Origin: Candidatus Omnitrophota bacterium
Lineage (GTDB): Bacteria > Omnitrophota > Gorgyraeia > Gygaellales > Profunditerraquicolaceae
Reading direction: 5' to 3'
DNA: 64,000 nt
NCBI GenBank assembly: GCA_041662125.1
Contig: JBAZTA010000004.1
Span: 343 to 64,342 of the forward strand
Every line of letters begins with the position of its first letter. Within the stretch, counting starts at the first letter, position 1. The position numbers and the translations under genes were made by a program. Below are positions 26,342 through 36,673 of this stretch, piece by piece. The notes under the pieces are model-generated. The model was not told where the DNA came from. It did no database searches and saw nothing but the letters and a program-made list of their open reading frames with translations.

Positions 26342-26471
26342 CTAAAAGCTCCTGATATGGTTTAATACTATTTGTCATAATTTTATTATATTATAGGAAA
26401 TTGTCAAGATAAATATCATTTAAACACTTAAGATATATTGGGTTAAATAGAATATAACGGGTATTGGTTAA
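26342..26471 (-). promoter_or_regulatory. Sigma70-type promoter of the T4P operon
   Basis: Minus strand: cTTGACAa (complement of 26399-26406), a 16-bp spacer, TAAAAT, then AGGAGcttttagATG. Confidence 0.5.
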
Positions 26472-27902
26472 TCAGAGAATTTGATGATCGGGGATTTTTG
26501 TTAATAATTCCTTTGCCTCCCCTATTACAAACATAGAACCTGTAATAAGGATAACATCATCGCGCTGGGCAATTTTTTGAGCCAATGATAAAGCGGTTTT
26601 AACATTAACAACAACCCGGACACAATCGTCAGCGATCATACCTTCCATCCGCAAGAAAATATCCTGGGGCTTTGCTGCCCGGTTGTTCTGAGCTTTGGTA
26701 AGCATGACCTTCTGACTCAAAGGAACCAGGGCTTTACATATGCCGGCAATATCTTTATCCCGGGAAATCCCTAATACAAGAATTACTTTTTTGCCAGGGA
26801 ACAACTTTACCAACGACTGTTTAAGCATCTCTGCGGAAGCGGCATTGTGAGCGCCGTCTAAAATGATCCATGGCTCTCTCGATATGATCTCAAATCTTCC
26901 CGGCCAAAGCGTATTATATAAACCATTTTTACATGCCTTTTCTGAGACGCTTACGTGATAATATTTCTTGAGCGCCCCTACGATTCCCAGCGCCACTGAA
27001 GCATTGATCAATTGATGCTCTCCTAATAAAGGCGTACGCATCTTATGAAAATTCCCTAAACGGCCGCTGACTGAGAACTCCTGATAATCAAGCCGGCTCT
27101 GCAGTAATCGATATCTGATATCACTGCCGACTTTATAGAGTGGCGCCGGCAGGCTGGAACATTTTAGTTCAATCACTTGTAGCGCTGCCTTTTCCTGCGG
27201 CGCGGTAATCACGACAGGGCGTTTCCCTGCCTCTCCTGAACGCTCTGGCGCTTTAATAATGCCTGCTTTCTCTGTGGCAATCGCAGCAAGTGTAGACCCA
27301 AGTTTATGCGTATGGTCATAACTGATAGAAGTAATCGCGCAAACAAGGGAATCAACCACATTAGTAGAATCGATCCTCCCCCCTAACCCGGTTTCTAAGA
27401 CGACAAAATCGGCATGCTTCTCTTTATAATATACAAAGGCTACAATCGTCAGGACCTCAAAAAAAGTCAGCGGGCCGTATTTCGACGTACGGTTATACCG
27501 GTTTATCAATGGTTTTAAGCCTTGTGTCAGCCGCACCAGCTCTTTCTCGGATATCATTCCTTCAAAATCTTTTTTCACACCCCCGCGCATCCGCACAAGA
27601 GGCGGCTGCTTTGATCGCATAAGAACCCTGATCCTCTCCCTGACATTAAACAAATGCGGCGAAGTAAAAAGCCCGACAATATATCCTGCCTCACGCAGCA
27701 TATACGCTACCATCGCACAAACCGACCCCTTGCCCTTGGTACCGGCGACATGAATGATCTTAAGGCTATCCTGAGGATTATGTATGCTCGTTAAGAAATC
27801 CTTGATACGCTCCAGCTTCAAAGATTGCTTATACGGATAATGAACCTTTTTCTCGTAATTGATAAAAGAATTTAAATACTGCAGTGTCTGCTGATATGTC
27901 AT
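26472..27902 (-). CDS. folC: Bifunctional folylpolyglutamate synthase / dihydrofolate synthase
   Basis: Mur-ligase P-loop HVAGTKGKGS. TSPHLFNVRERI motif. Overall FolC architecture. Confidence 0.85.
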   Translation of the reverse strand: MTYQQTLQYLNSFINYEKKVHYPYKQSLKLERIKDFLTSIHNPQDSLKIIHVAGTKGKGSVCAMVAYMLREAGYIVGLFTSPHLFNVRERIRVLMRSKQPPLVRMRGGVKKDFEGMISEKELVRLTQGLKPLINRYNRTSKYGPLTFFEVLTIVAFVYYKEKHADFVVLETGLGGRIDSTNVVDSLVCAITSISYDHTHKLGSTLAAIATEKAGIIKAPERSGEAGKRPVVITAPQEKAALQVIELKCSSLPAPLYKVGSDIRYRLLQSRLDYQEFSVSGRLGNFHKMRTPLLGEHQLINASVALGIVGALKKYYHVSVSEKACKNGLYNTLWPGRFEIISREPWIILDGAHNAASAEMLKQSLVKLFPGKKVILVLGISRDKDIAGICKALVPLSQKVMLTKAQNNRAAKPQDIFLRMEGMIADDCVRVVVNVKTALSLAQKIAQRDDVILITGSMFVIGEAKELLTKIPDHQIL

Positions 27903-27920
27903 AACGGGGATATGAAGCGT

Positions 27921-29480
27921 TTAATGTTTAAAGTGGCGCACGCCTGTCAGGACCATAGCAATGGTATGTTTATCACAGGCCTTAATGATCTCGGGATCGG
28001 CGATAGAGCCGCCCGGCTGAATAATTGCGCGCACCCCTTTTTTTGCCGCTTCCAAGATTGAATCCGGCTTAGGAAAGAAACCATCGGAAGCCAGGCAGGA
28101 ATTGATAGTATTCTTGCCTGCTTTTGTTTTGGCGATAATAACCGAATCAACCCTCGAGCTTTGGCCTGCGCCAATACCGATAGTTTTTGTCCCTTTGGCC
28201 AAAACGATGGCATTTGATTTAACGTGCTTGGCGACTTTCCAGGCGAATAAAAGCGAGTTTAACTGCGCCTGAGTCGGTTTTTTACGGGTAACGGTCTTAA
28301 GATCTTCTTGACGAACGAGCTCAAGATCTTTATCCTGCAATAACAGCCCGCCGGATACTTTTTTAAAATCACAATCCTTGCGCATATCGATGTCTTTCAA
28401 TTCCAGAACCCTCAGATTTTTCTTTACGCTGAAAACCTTTAGCGCGTCGCGGTCAAAACCAGGAGCAATAATACATTCTAAAAACCCGCTCTCGACAATA
28501 ACCCGGGCAGCCTTTGCGTCGACTTGGCGGTTTAAACCCACAATCCCTCCGAACGCAGAAAGAGGGTCGCCCGCAAACGCCTCCTGATACGCTTTGGTTA
28601 TATCCTTTGCTTCGGCGACACCACAGGGATTATTATGTTTTACAATGACTGCTGCCGGAGATAAGAATTCTTTCAGCAATTCCCAGGCGCTGTTTAAATC
28701 AAGGATATTATTAAAAGAAAGTTCTTTGCCCTGTACCTGCCTCAAAGAAGCCATGCCACAAAGCGCCCCCTGGTCCCGGTAAAATGCCGCTGCTTGATGA
28801 GGGTTTTCCCCATAACGCAGATCCTGTATTTTAGTAAACGATAATTCCAGTTTTGCCGGGAAAGAAGTATTGGTGGCTCTGCCACCAATAGCTTTTTTAC
28901 TGAGGTATTGATAAATCGCTTCGTCGTATTGCGCAGTGCTCTTAAAAACCTGCGCTGCGAATCCCCGCGCGGTCTTTTCGCTGACACACCCCTGGGTTTC
29001 CTCCAATTCTTTGATCAATGACGGGTATTGAGAAACAGATGAAACTACCACTACTGAACAGAAGTTTTTTGCCGCCGAACGCAGCATTGACGGGCCGCCG
29101 ATATCGATATTCTCAATAGCCTCTTCTTCGGCAACACCGGGCTTTTGCACGGCCTTTTCAAACGGATAAAGATTAACCACCGCCATATCGATCAAACCGA
29201 TCCCCAAACTTTCAAGTTTTTGAATATGTTCGGGATTTTGACGCACCGCCAGAAGCCCGCCATGGATCTTCGGATGCAGCGTTTTAACTCTGCCGTCGAG
29301 TATTTCCGGAAAACCAGTATAATCGGAAACGTCTTTTACGGCGATACCCTTATCCCTCAATAATTTCGCCGTTCCTCCCGTCGAAAGGATCTCAACGCCG
29401 AACGCATTGAGCGTTTTCGCCAGCTCCACGATACTTGTTTTATCCGATACGCTAATGAGCGCTCTTTTTATTTTTATCAT
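27921..29480 (-). CDS. purH: Bifunctional AICAR transformylase / IMP cyclohydrolase
   Basis: MGS-like N-terminus KRALISVSDKTSIVELAKTL..GVEILSTGGTAKLL. AICARFT core. 519 aa. Confidence 0.9.
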   Translation of the reverse strand: MIKIKRALISVSDKTSIVELAKTLNAFGVEILSTGGTAKLLRDKGIAVKDVSDYTGFPEILDGRVKTLHPKIHGGLLAVRQNPEHIQKLESLGIGLIDMAVVNLYPFEKAVQKPGVAEEEAIENIDIGGPSMLRSAAKNFCSVVVVSSVSQYPSLIKELEETQGCVSEKTARGFAAQVFKSTAQYDEAIYQYLSKKAIGGRATNTSFPAKLELSFTKIQDLRYGENPHQAAAFYRDQGALCGMASLRQVQGKELSFNNILDLNSAWELLKEFLSPAAVIVKHNNPCGVAEAKDITKAYQEAFAGDPLSAFGGIVGLNRQVDAKAARVIVESGFLECIIAPGFDRDALKVFSVKKNLRVLELKDIDMRKDCDFKKVSGGLLLQDKDLELVRQEDLKTVTRKKPTQAQLNSLLFAWKVAKHVKSNAIVLAKGTKTIGIGAGQSSRVDSVIIAKTKAGKNTINSCLASDGFFPKPDSILEAAKKGVRAIIQPGGSIADPEIIKACDKHTIAMVLTGVRHFKH

Positions 29481-29513
29481 CTGTTCCCCTTAATTTTACT
29501 GTACTAGGTGCGG

Positions 29514-30245
29514 CTATTTATTAAACCTGAAATTGGCAAGGTCAGCATCCTGCATAATATAATCTTTCTGTTCAAGGCGCTGCTTTCCCGCCTGTTTCGC
29601 CTGCGTTTCACCGCCTGCCTGAATAAAATCATTGAACCCGATAATTTCCGCGCGGATAAAACCTTTCTGAATATCAGAATGTATTACTCCCGCGGCCTCC
29701 CAGGCAGTTGCCCCCTGCTTAAGGCTCCAGGCGCGGTTTTCTTTATCACCAACCGTAAAAAAGCTGATATAACCGCTCTCCTTATATGCCTTGGCTAAAA
29801 CGCTACTTATATCTTCCAACTCCTGTTTCTCGACGCAAACGACCGGTTTACCCGTCACTAAACCATAGCCGGACATCAATTCTTTTTCTTGCGGGGTTAA
29901 AGGAGAACTGAAAATAAATTCCTCTTTTTCCAGGACCGCTTTCAATTTTTGCAACAACGCTTTTTCATCATCTGAAGCGCTGCGGCCCAGGCGGCCTTCG
30001 ACAAATTCCAGGTCCTTGATGATCAAATCAGTGCGGGAATCAGAGAAGGTCAGAATAGCGTCAGCATTCGGGATTTCGTTTTCTCCGACCAACTCAACCT
30101 GGACAGAGGTCTTTTTCTTTGCCTTGACTAATTTATCCACCTGGTCAAGGCGGACATCTTTGATATTTTGTTTCCCTATGGTTATATCCGGGAGAGCATA
30201 AAGAGCGATTTTCATGTTTTTTATGCGTGCATAACTTATGAGCAT
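29514..30245 (-). CDS. YchF/Ola1-like protein lacking the P-loop (G1) region; coiled-coil + TGS (DUF933) C-terminus retained
   Basis: The C-terminus NRAWSLKQGATAWEAAGVIHSDIQKGFIRAEIIGFNDFI...AKQAGKQRLEQKDYIMQDADLANFRFN aligns closely with E. coli YchF [38 protein letters not shown]...KDYIVKDGDVLNFLFN. The N-terminus begins at about YchF residue 35 (DVRLDQVDKL vs DPRLDQLAEI). No GxxxxGKS is present. No upstream space remains, because the EF-G-like gene ends at 30294. Confidence 0.7.
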   Translation of the reverse strand: MLISYARIKNMKIALYALPDITIGKQNIKDVRLDQVDKLVKAKKKTSVQVELVGENEIPNADAILTFSDSRTDLIIKDLEFVEGRLGRSASDDEKALLQKLKAVLEKEEFIFSSPLTPQEKELMSGYGLVTGKPVVCVEKQELEDISSVLAKAYKESGYISFFTVGDKENRAWSLKQGATAWEAAGVIHSDIQKGFIRAEIIGFNDFIQAGGETQAKQAGKQRLEQKDYIMQDADLANFRFNK

Positions 30246-30293
30246 ACTAGCTCACCAAGCTATCAACGCGGTTAAATACCTTTTCGTTTTTAA

Positions 30294-32270
30294 TTAGTGG
30301 TGCTCTGCGTGCGCGTGATCCTCTTCGTGTTTCTTGGAAGCCAGGTATTGGCTGATAATCGTAGACGCAATCTTATGCGGGGCTTCTGCGTAATGGGAAA
30401 ACCGCATAGTATAGGAACCGCGGCCGCCGGTAATCGAACGCAGATCATTGGCATAGGTAAACATTTCAGACGCCGGCACTTGCGACTTAACGACCTGGGA
30501 TTTCCCCAAAACATCCATCCCGATCATATGCCCCCGGCGGGAATTGATATCTCCTGATATTGCGCCAAGAAATTCTTCAGGAATAACAACTGCTACATCC
30601 ATAACCGGCTCCAGTAAAACCGGGCCTGCTTCAGCAACCGCTTTTCGCAGAGCCATGGCTCCTGCGATCTGAAAGGCCATGTCGGAGGAATCAACATCAT
30701 GATACGAACCATCGACAAGCGTGACCCTGACATCCACAATCGGATATCCCGCCACCGCCCCTTCGGCGCACGCCTGGCGTATCCCTTTTTCAGCGGAGGG
30801 AATAAAATTTCTCGGGATCGCCCCACCAAAGACTTTATCAAGGAACTCAAAGCCTTTACTTCTTTCTAAAGGCTCGATCTCAATCCACACATCGCCGTAT
30901 TGGCCGCGGCCTCCAGACTGGCGTTTAAACTTCCCCTGCACCCGCGCTTTTTTCGTAATTGTTTCTTTATAGGATACTTTCGGGATGCCGAGGTCGACCT
31001 CGACGTTAAACCTCTTTTTCATCCGCTCAACCATGATCGCCAAATGCAGATCGCCTAACCCGGAAACGATCAACTCTTTAGTCTGCTGATCATGGGTAAC
31101 TTTAAAGGTAAGATCCTCTGCCGCCAGCTTATGCAGGGCATTGGCGATCTTATCCTCGTCATTTCGTGATTTCGGGTTTACCGATGCTGATATCGCCGGC
31201 TCAGGGAACGCAACCGGCTCAAAACGAACAGGGTCTTTTTCGTCAGCAAGCGAATCTGATGTGACGGTATCTTTTAATTTAGAGATAGCGACAATATCTC
31301 CGCAGGATGCAAAATCAACCTGCCGTTGTTCTTTTCCCTGCAGGATATAAATATGGCCGATGCGCTCCTTAACCTGCTTACTCACATTATAGAATGCGGT
31401 ATTGGATAGTAAAGAGCCGGAGAATACGCGCAGAAGCGTCAAATGGCCGACGTATGGATCAGATATCGACTTAAAAACAAAGGCGGAAAAATGAGCTTCA
31501 GGAGAAAGGACGATCTCCCTGGTTTCTTCCGGCTTTAACGGATTACTCGCAGTTACTTTCGCGCGCTCCAAAGGATTCGGGAGATATTTAAGGATCGCAT
31601 CCAAGAACTCCACCACCCCTGTATCAGTAGTAGCGGAACCTGTAAGCACCGGAAAAATCTTTCGTTTGATCACTGCCTGCCGCAGGCTCACCGTTAATTC
31701 TTCCGCTGATAACGCGGCACCGTTCAAATATTTCTCCAGGAGCGTATCATCGCTTTCCGCAACAACTTCCACCAATTCAGGGGCACTCAAATCAGCAATG
31801 ATCACCGCTTTTTTTGAAAGCCTGTTTTGAATATCAGCAACTACCCCTGTAACATCAACCCCTTCTTTATCAGTTTTATTGATAAAAATAATACAGGGTA
31901 ATCCGGCATCCTCTGCCATCTGCCATGCCCGTTCAGTCCCCACTTCAACGCCGGCGGTCACATCGATAACGATCCCCGCGCTATCGACCGCCCGCAGGCC
32001 CGAAAGAACTTCTCCGAGAAAATCCGCGTAACCGGGAGCATCAACAATCTGGATCCGGGAATCCCTGCAATCACAAAACACAAAGCTTGCGTTAATCGAA
32101 CTCTTGCGCGCTATTTCATCAAAACTATAATCGCTCGTGGTAGTTCCGTCGGCGATCGCGCCCTTTCGTGTCGTCGCCTTACAGAGGAAAAGCATGCTTT
32201 CCGCAAGAGAAGTCTTCCCGCACTGCGCGTGGCCTAACAAAATGAGACTGCGCTTATTTTTTACGTCCAT
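30294..32270 (-). CDS. EF-G-family translational GTPase paralog (658 aa) with His-rich C-terminal tail
   Basis: G1 GHAQCGKTS, G3 DAPGYADF, G4 NKTD, G5 GSATT. EF-G domain II-V-like remainder. Ends KKHEEDHAHAEHH. Confidence 0.75.
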   Translation of the reverse strand: MDVKNKRSLILLGHAQCGKTSLAESMLFLCKATTRKGAIADGTTTSDYSFDEIARKSSINASFVFCDCRDSRIQIVDAPGYADFLGEVLSGLRAVDSAGIVIDVTAGVEVGTERAWQMAEDAGLPCIIFINKTDKEGVDVTGVVADIQNRLSKKAVIIADLSAPELVEVVAESDDTLLEKYLNGAALSAEELTVSLRQAVIKRKIFPVLTGSATTDTGVVEFLDAILKYLPNPLERAKVTASNPLKPEETREIVLSPEAHFSAFVFKSISDPYVGHLTLLRVFSGSLLSNTAFYNVSKQVKERIGHIYILQGKEQRQVDFASCGDIVAISKLKDTVTSDSLADEKDPVRFEPVAFPEPAISASVNPKSRNDEDKIANALHKLAAEDLTFKVTHDQQTKELIVSGLGDLHLAIMVERMKKRFNVEVDLGIPKVSYKETITKKARVQGKFKRQSGGRGQYGDVWIEIEPLERSKGFEFLDKVFGGAIPRNFIPSAEKGIRQACAEGAVAGYPIVDVRVTLVDGSYHDVDSSDMAFQIAGAMALRKAVAEAGPVLLEPVMDVAVVIPEEFLGAISGDINSRRGHMIGMDVLGKSQVVKSQVPASEMFTYANDLRSITGGRGSYTMRFSHYAEAPHKIASTIISQYLASKKHEEDHAHAEHH

Positions 32271-32464
32271 ATGCTTAGCACTCCTTTGTAATAATAACGT
32301 TTATGTTAATTATTATTGAGTCAAAGAAAAAAGCAGCATAAGTAGTAAAATATCCGGATTGTATTATATATAGGTAAAATTATATCTCAGAGCCGAAAGG
32401 CGGTCAAGGAAATAAAACATACACGAATTCAACCAGGGAGCAAAAGTTTTTGGTTGATTTTAGA

Positions 32465-33652
32465 TTACTCGAGATAGGTATAGATTTTCCCTTTATAGTT
32501 ACGCAAAACGTACTTGCCTTTTGCCTGGGAAAGCACATAATTGGAACTGATAGGGATCTTTCCACCGCCACCAGGGCCGTCGATAACATAGGTCGGGACA
32601 GCATACCCTGAAGTATGGCCGCGCAGTTTCTCCATAATATTAATGCCCACTGCCACGGGAGTGCGGAAATGGCCGCTGCCCTTTACCGGGTCACATTGAT
32701 AAATATAATACGGACGAACCCTGATCTTGAGCAGATCATGCATCAGTTTACGCATAATATAGGGCCGGTCATTAATACCCTGCAACAAGACAGTCTGGCT
32801 TCCTAACGGGACCCCTGCTTCAGACAGCATGTCGCAAGCGATCTTACAGCGCCTGGTAATTTCTTTCGGATGGTTAAAATGAATACTCATCCAAATCGGT
32901 GAATACTTCTTCAGTGTGGAGATCAACCCTTCAGTAATACGCTGCGGGAGAGTTACCGGAACCCTGGTACCGATGCGCAAGAATTCGACATGCGGTATCG
33001 CGCGCAGTTTCTTCAGCAGGTCACCCAACACATCATCCTCAAGCAATAAGGGATCGCCTCCGGAAATCAATACATCACGGATCTTTTTATTGCCGCGGAT
33101 ATAATCGAGGGCCGCATCCAGCTTATTTAATGAGCCGACCGCGCCGCTATCTTCCTTTCCCACTAACCTTCTTCTGGTGCAATGGCGGCAATACATAGCA
33201 CATTGTTCAGTAACCAAAAGTAGAATACGGTCCGGGTAGCGGTGCACTAAATGGGGAGCGGGAGAATCACGGTCTTCCGCGCATGGATCAACCATTTCGT
33301 AGGGCCCGATCTGAAATTCACTCAACGTAGGAACTGCCTGGCGCCTGATAGGGCAGCGGGTATCTTCCTGATCGATCAAAGTCGCCCAGTACGGGGTAAT
33401 AGCCATTGCCATTCTCCCCTTGGCATTTTTGAGACCTTCTTCCTCTTCAGGAGTAAGCTTAATAATCTGGCTGATTTGCTCTATCTTGGTAACACGGTTT
33501 TTTAACTGCCACCGCCAATCTTCCCAATCCAGCGGATTAACATCCTTATACAAGCTTATCTGCTGGTAATCCCTGCCCCTTTTTCCCGGCCGGGGGGCTG
33601 TTAAACTTTCTGGCAGTAATTTTTGGCTTTCTGTTACCACCGGATTATTCAT
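32465..33652 (-). CDS. KamA-family radical SAM aminomutase (lysine 2,3-aminomutase-like)
   Basis: Radical SAM CxxxCxxC as CAMYCRHCTRRR (KamA: CSMYCRHCTRRR). KIRDVLISGGDPLL. 395 aa with C-terminal Cys/His residues. Confidence 0.85.
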   Translation of the reverse strand: MNNPVVTESQKLLPESLTAPRPGKRGRDYQQISLYKDVNPLDWEDWRWQLKNRVTKIEQISQIIKLTPEEEEGLKNAKGRMAMAITPYWATLIDQEDTRCPIRRQAVPTLSEFQIGPYEMVDPCAEDRDSPAPHLVHRYPDRILLLVTEQCAMYCRHCTRRRLVGKEDSGAVGSLNKLDAALDYIRGNKKIRDVLISGGDPLLLEDDVLGDLLKKLRAIPHVEFLRIGTRVPVTLPQRITEGLISTLKKYSPIWMSIHFNHPKEITRRCKIACDMLSEAGVPLGSQTVLLQGINDRPYIMRKLMHDLLKIRVRPYYIYQCDPVKGSGHFRTPVAVGINIMEKLRGHTSGYAVPTYVIDGPGGGGKIPISSNYVLSQAKGKYVLRNYKGKIYTYLE

Positions 33653-34652
33653 CTTTTGATTTCCTCCTTTTATACGCGCTCATTAATATCGATTCGATCA
33701 AATCATCATAGGTCATTCCCGCCGCATACGCCATGATCGGGAAATTCGATTCTTTGGGATTAAGCCCGGGCAACGGATTTATCTCCAGGACATAGGGGAT
33801 ATTATCCTCACTTAGCCGTATATCCGTACGGGAAATATCGAGGCAGCCAACCGCCCGATGAGTACGTAACGCGACTTCTTTAATTTTCTTTTCTGTTTCT
33901 CTATCCAGGCGTGCCGGGCAATAGAATGTCGGCGTCAACCCCATTTCGACATTCCCCTGGAATTCTTTCATGCGCCAGGAATAAAAATATTCACCGCTCT
34001 TAGCGCAACTCGAAAAATCTATTTCCAAGATAGGCAAAACTTCTGTTTTACCGTTTTCTAAGACACCGACCGTAAACTCTCTGCCTTCGATAAATTCCTC
34101 TACCAATACTTCCTGCTTATAAAAAGAAATGATTTCATTTGCTTTATCAAAAAGCTCTTGCGGTGAATGGACCACGTTTGATTTATTAATGCCTTTGGCG
34201 GAACCTTCGCAATTCGGTTTGAGGATCAAAGGAAAACGCAAAGAGGGATCGAGCTTTTCATTGCCTTTTACTAAGATCTGGAAAGGCGGCGTGGGAATAT
34301 TTTCCGCTTTCAGGATCTTTTTGGTAAGCGCCTTATTTAAAGCCAGCGCCAACGAAAGGGTATTAGAACCGGTATAGGGAATATTCAAATAATCCAAGAT
34401 CGCCGGGACCTCGGATTCACGGAACTTACCGTGGTTTCCCTCGGCAATATTAAAGACCATATCAGCGCTATGCTTCTTGAAGAAAGAGAATAGGTTTGAA
34501 CGCTCCACATCAACATAGTCGACACTATGCCCCCGGGACCGCAGCGCGGACGTGATCGCGTGGATAGTCTCTTCGGAATCAAATTCGGAATAATAATCCG
34601 CAGGCTTTGTTTCGTCTTCTTTTTTAAGGTTACACGTCAGGGTAATCTTCAC
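33645..34652 (-). CDS. ATP-grasp ligase, D-Ala-D-Ala-ligase-like (copy 1)
   Basis: Ddl-size (335 aa). ATP-grasp motifs FPLILKPNCEGSAKGI, EEFIEGREFTVGVL, YVLEINPLPGL. Confidence 0.75.
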   Translation of the reverse strand: MKITLTCNLKKEDETKPADYYSEFDSEETIHAITSALRSRGHSVDYVDVERSNLFSFFKKHSADMVFNIAEGNHGKFRESEVPAILDYLNIPYTGSNTLSLALALNKALTKKILKAENIPTPPFQILVKGNEKLDPSLRFPLILKPNCEGSAKGINKSNVVHSPQELFDKANEIISFYKQEVLVEEFIEGREFTVGVLENGKTEVLPILEIDFSSCAKSGEYFYSWRMKEFQGNVEMGLTPTFYCPARLDRETEKKIKEVALRTHRAVGCLDISRTDIRLSEDNIPYVLEINPLPGLNPKESNFPIMAYAAGMTYDDLIESILMSAYKRRKSKDE

Positions 34653-34672
34653 CCTGCCCTTCCTTTCCTTTT

Positions 34673-35665
34673 TTACGTAAGATTATAGCGTTTCAAGGCG
34701 CTTCTTAAAATCCTGCCAATAATTTCATTGTACGAAATGCCAAGAGCCTTGGCGACGGCCATAAACACATCTTCCGAAGATAGCGACGGCAGCGGATTGA
34801 TCTCCAAGACATAGGGTTTACCTTTTTCATCAACCCGGAAATCAATCCTGCCAAAATCCTGGCATTCGATCGCGTTATAGGTGTCAAGCGCCAGGCTGCT
34901 TAATTCAGCAGCCAATTCCGGCTTTATTTTTGCCGGGCAGACATATTCTAAAGCATCCGACTTAATATGCCCAAACGTATAGAATTTATCATTAAGTTTT
35001 AATTTCCCGTCGATCTTGATCTGCACGATCGGCATGACTTCCGGAGGGTCGTTGCCGATGATGGCAACGGTAAATTCTTCCCCGCGGATGAATTCCTCAA
35101 CCAGCGCAGGCTGCTTATACGTATTAATCACATACTCAACCTGCTTTTTTAATTCTTCCATATTCTCCACGCGCGAATTATCATTCATCCCTTTCGAAGA
35201 CCCTTCAAACCTGGGTTTAACGATCATAGGAAAACGAGCATGGTCCATATCCGGAAAAGGGTTGTCATCAGGCTTGACTTCAAAAGATTTCGGCGTCCTG
35301 ATATCATCGGCAATAAAGATCTTTTTTGCCATCAGCTTATCAAGCGATAATCCCAAACTCAAGGCGTCAGCGCCGACAAAAGGAATACCCGCCATCTCAA
35401 GCAAAATCGGGACCTGCGACTCACGGTTCCTGCCGGAAATCCCTTCGGAGATATTAAAGACAATGTCAACTTTGAGATCGCTGATATTATCCAAGAGATT
35501 CATTACATTGCCGATCTTCTTTACCTTAAACCCCTGAGACTCAATCGCCTTTGCGATAACATCGATGGTCGAGGGGTGGTCAAATTCGGCATTCGCGTCC
35601 GGAGGATCGCCCTCTTTGAATTCGTAATCAGTTTTTAAATCGTATGTTAAGCCGATTGTTTTCAT
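34673..35665 (-). CDS. ATP-grasp ligase, D-Ala-D-Ala-ligase-like (copy 2, paralog of 33645-34652)
   Basis: FPMIVKPRFEGSSKGM, EEFIRGEEFTVAII, YVLEINPLPSL. 330 aa. Confidence 0.75.
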   Translation of the reverse strand: MKTIGLTYDLKTDYEFKEGDPPDANAEFDHPSTIDVIAKAIESQGFKVKKIGNVMNLLDNISDLKVDIVFNISEGISGRNRESQVPILLEMAGIPFVGADALSLGLSLDKLMAKKIFIADDIRTPKSFEVKPDDNPFPDMDHARFPMIVKPRFEGSSKGMNDNSRVENMEELKKQVEYVINTYKQPALVEEFIRGEEFTVAIIGNDPPEVMPIVQIKIDGKLKLNDKFYTFGHIKSDALEYVCPAKIKPELAAELSSLALDTYNAIECQDFGRIDFRVDEKGKPYVLEINPLPSLSSEDVFMAVAKALGISYNEIIGRILRSALKRYNLT

Positions 35666-35882
35666 CGCATATAAAAAATAAAGGCTCTTCCCATATAGAG
35701 CCTTTTAAAGTTTTTACCTGATTTTTCCAATGTCCCTACCTATCCTCCCTAAAAAAATTAATAAATACTACACTGTTACATTTAATTTTTTATCACATCT
35801 ATCAAGTTTGTCAAGTATTTTCTATCGACGGGAAAAAAGCGCGGGGAAAAAATTTTTTCACCACAGCGAATTATATGAAGTA

Positions 35883-36620
35883 TTACGCCGTAAATTCAAT
35901 ATTTCCCCAGCTGGCAAAACGATCGCCAAACACTATAACAGCGCCGCTGATACCTTTAAGCGACCGGGCAAAATCGATTGCAGCGGGCAAATCTTCCTGC
36001 GTATGCACGCGGTTACCGACCGCAGTAGCAGCGGCATCAGCCAATGACGCATCTGCGGCAATAATAACAACGCTGTCGGCGCAGCCAAAACTTAGTGAAT
36101 GCCCGACGGTACCTGATGACGTACAAATTCCCATCGGTTTAATCCCTGGCTTTATTTTAAGACAGATCTTTTGCGATAACACAGAACTCCCCGAATAAAT
36201 ACTCAAAATTCTAGGTTGAGTTGTTTTTAAGAAAATGTCCCCCCCATTTTCAATAATAACATCTCTATACCCCTTACGCAGGAGGGATGTTCCCAAAAAC
36301 TTTGCGATTGCACCTGCGACTGCCGCCATTGGCCCAACATTTGCCTGGAGAGCGGCCCGGCCCATATCCCTGACGATCAAAGGAGCCGTTTTTTCCACAG
36401 CAAGCGGAGAGAGGCTCGTCAGGAAACGATGGTCTTTCTGGATATAGCCTTCAATGTGCCGGCGAAGCAAACGGATCTTGTCCTCAACGAAATCTTTATC
36501 AACCGGTTTATCGGTCAAAATATGCAGGTCGGTCTCTTGCACCGCAACTTCGGCCTTGCATAATCCCGAAGCCTTCACCCAATCCCGATAAGATCTTTTC
36601 TGGTATTTATCGCTTTTCAT
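35883..36620 (-). CDS. UPF0280-family (ApbE-superfamily-like) protein
   Basis: 245 aa with Gly-rich core GPMAAVAGAIA, resembling the archaeal/bacterial UPF0280 family. Recognition is weak. Confidence 0.4.
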   Translation of the reverse strand: MKSDKYQKRSYRDWVKASGLCKAEVAVQETDLHILTDKPVDKDFVEDKIRLLRRHIEGYIQKDHRFLTSLSPLAVEKTAPLIVRDMGRAALQANVGPMAAVAGAIAKFLGTSLLRKGYRDVIIENGGDIFLKTTQPRILSIYSGSSVLSQKICLKIKPGIKPMGICTSSGTVGHSLSFGCADSVVIIAADASLADAAATAVGNRVHTQEDLPAAIDFARSLKGISGAVIVFGDRFASWGNIEFTA

Positions 36621-36673
36621 TTATTCGTTAGTATCGTTATGTTCGTTTAAATCGTTGAACGACATTAACGATA

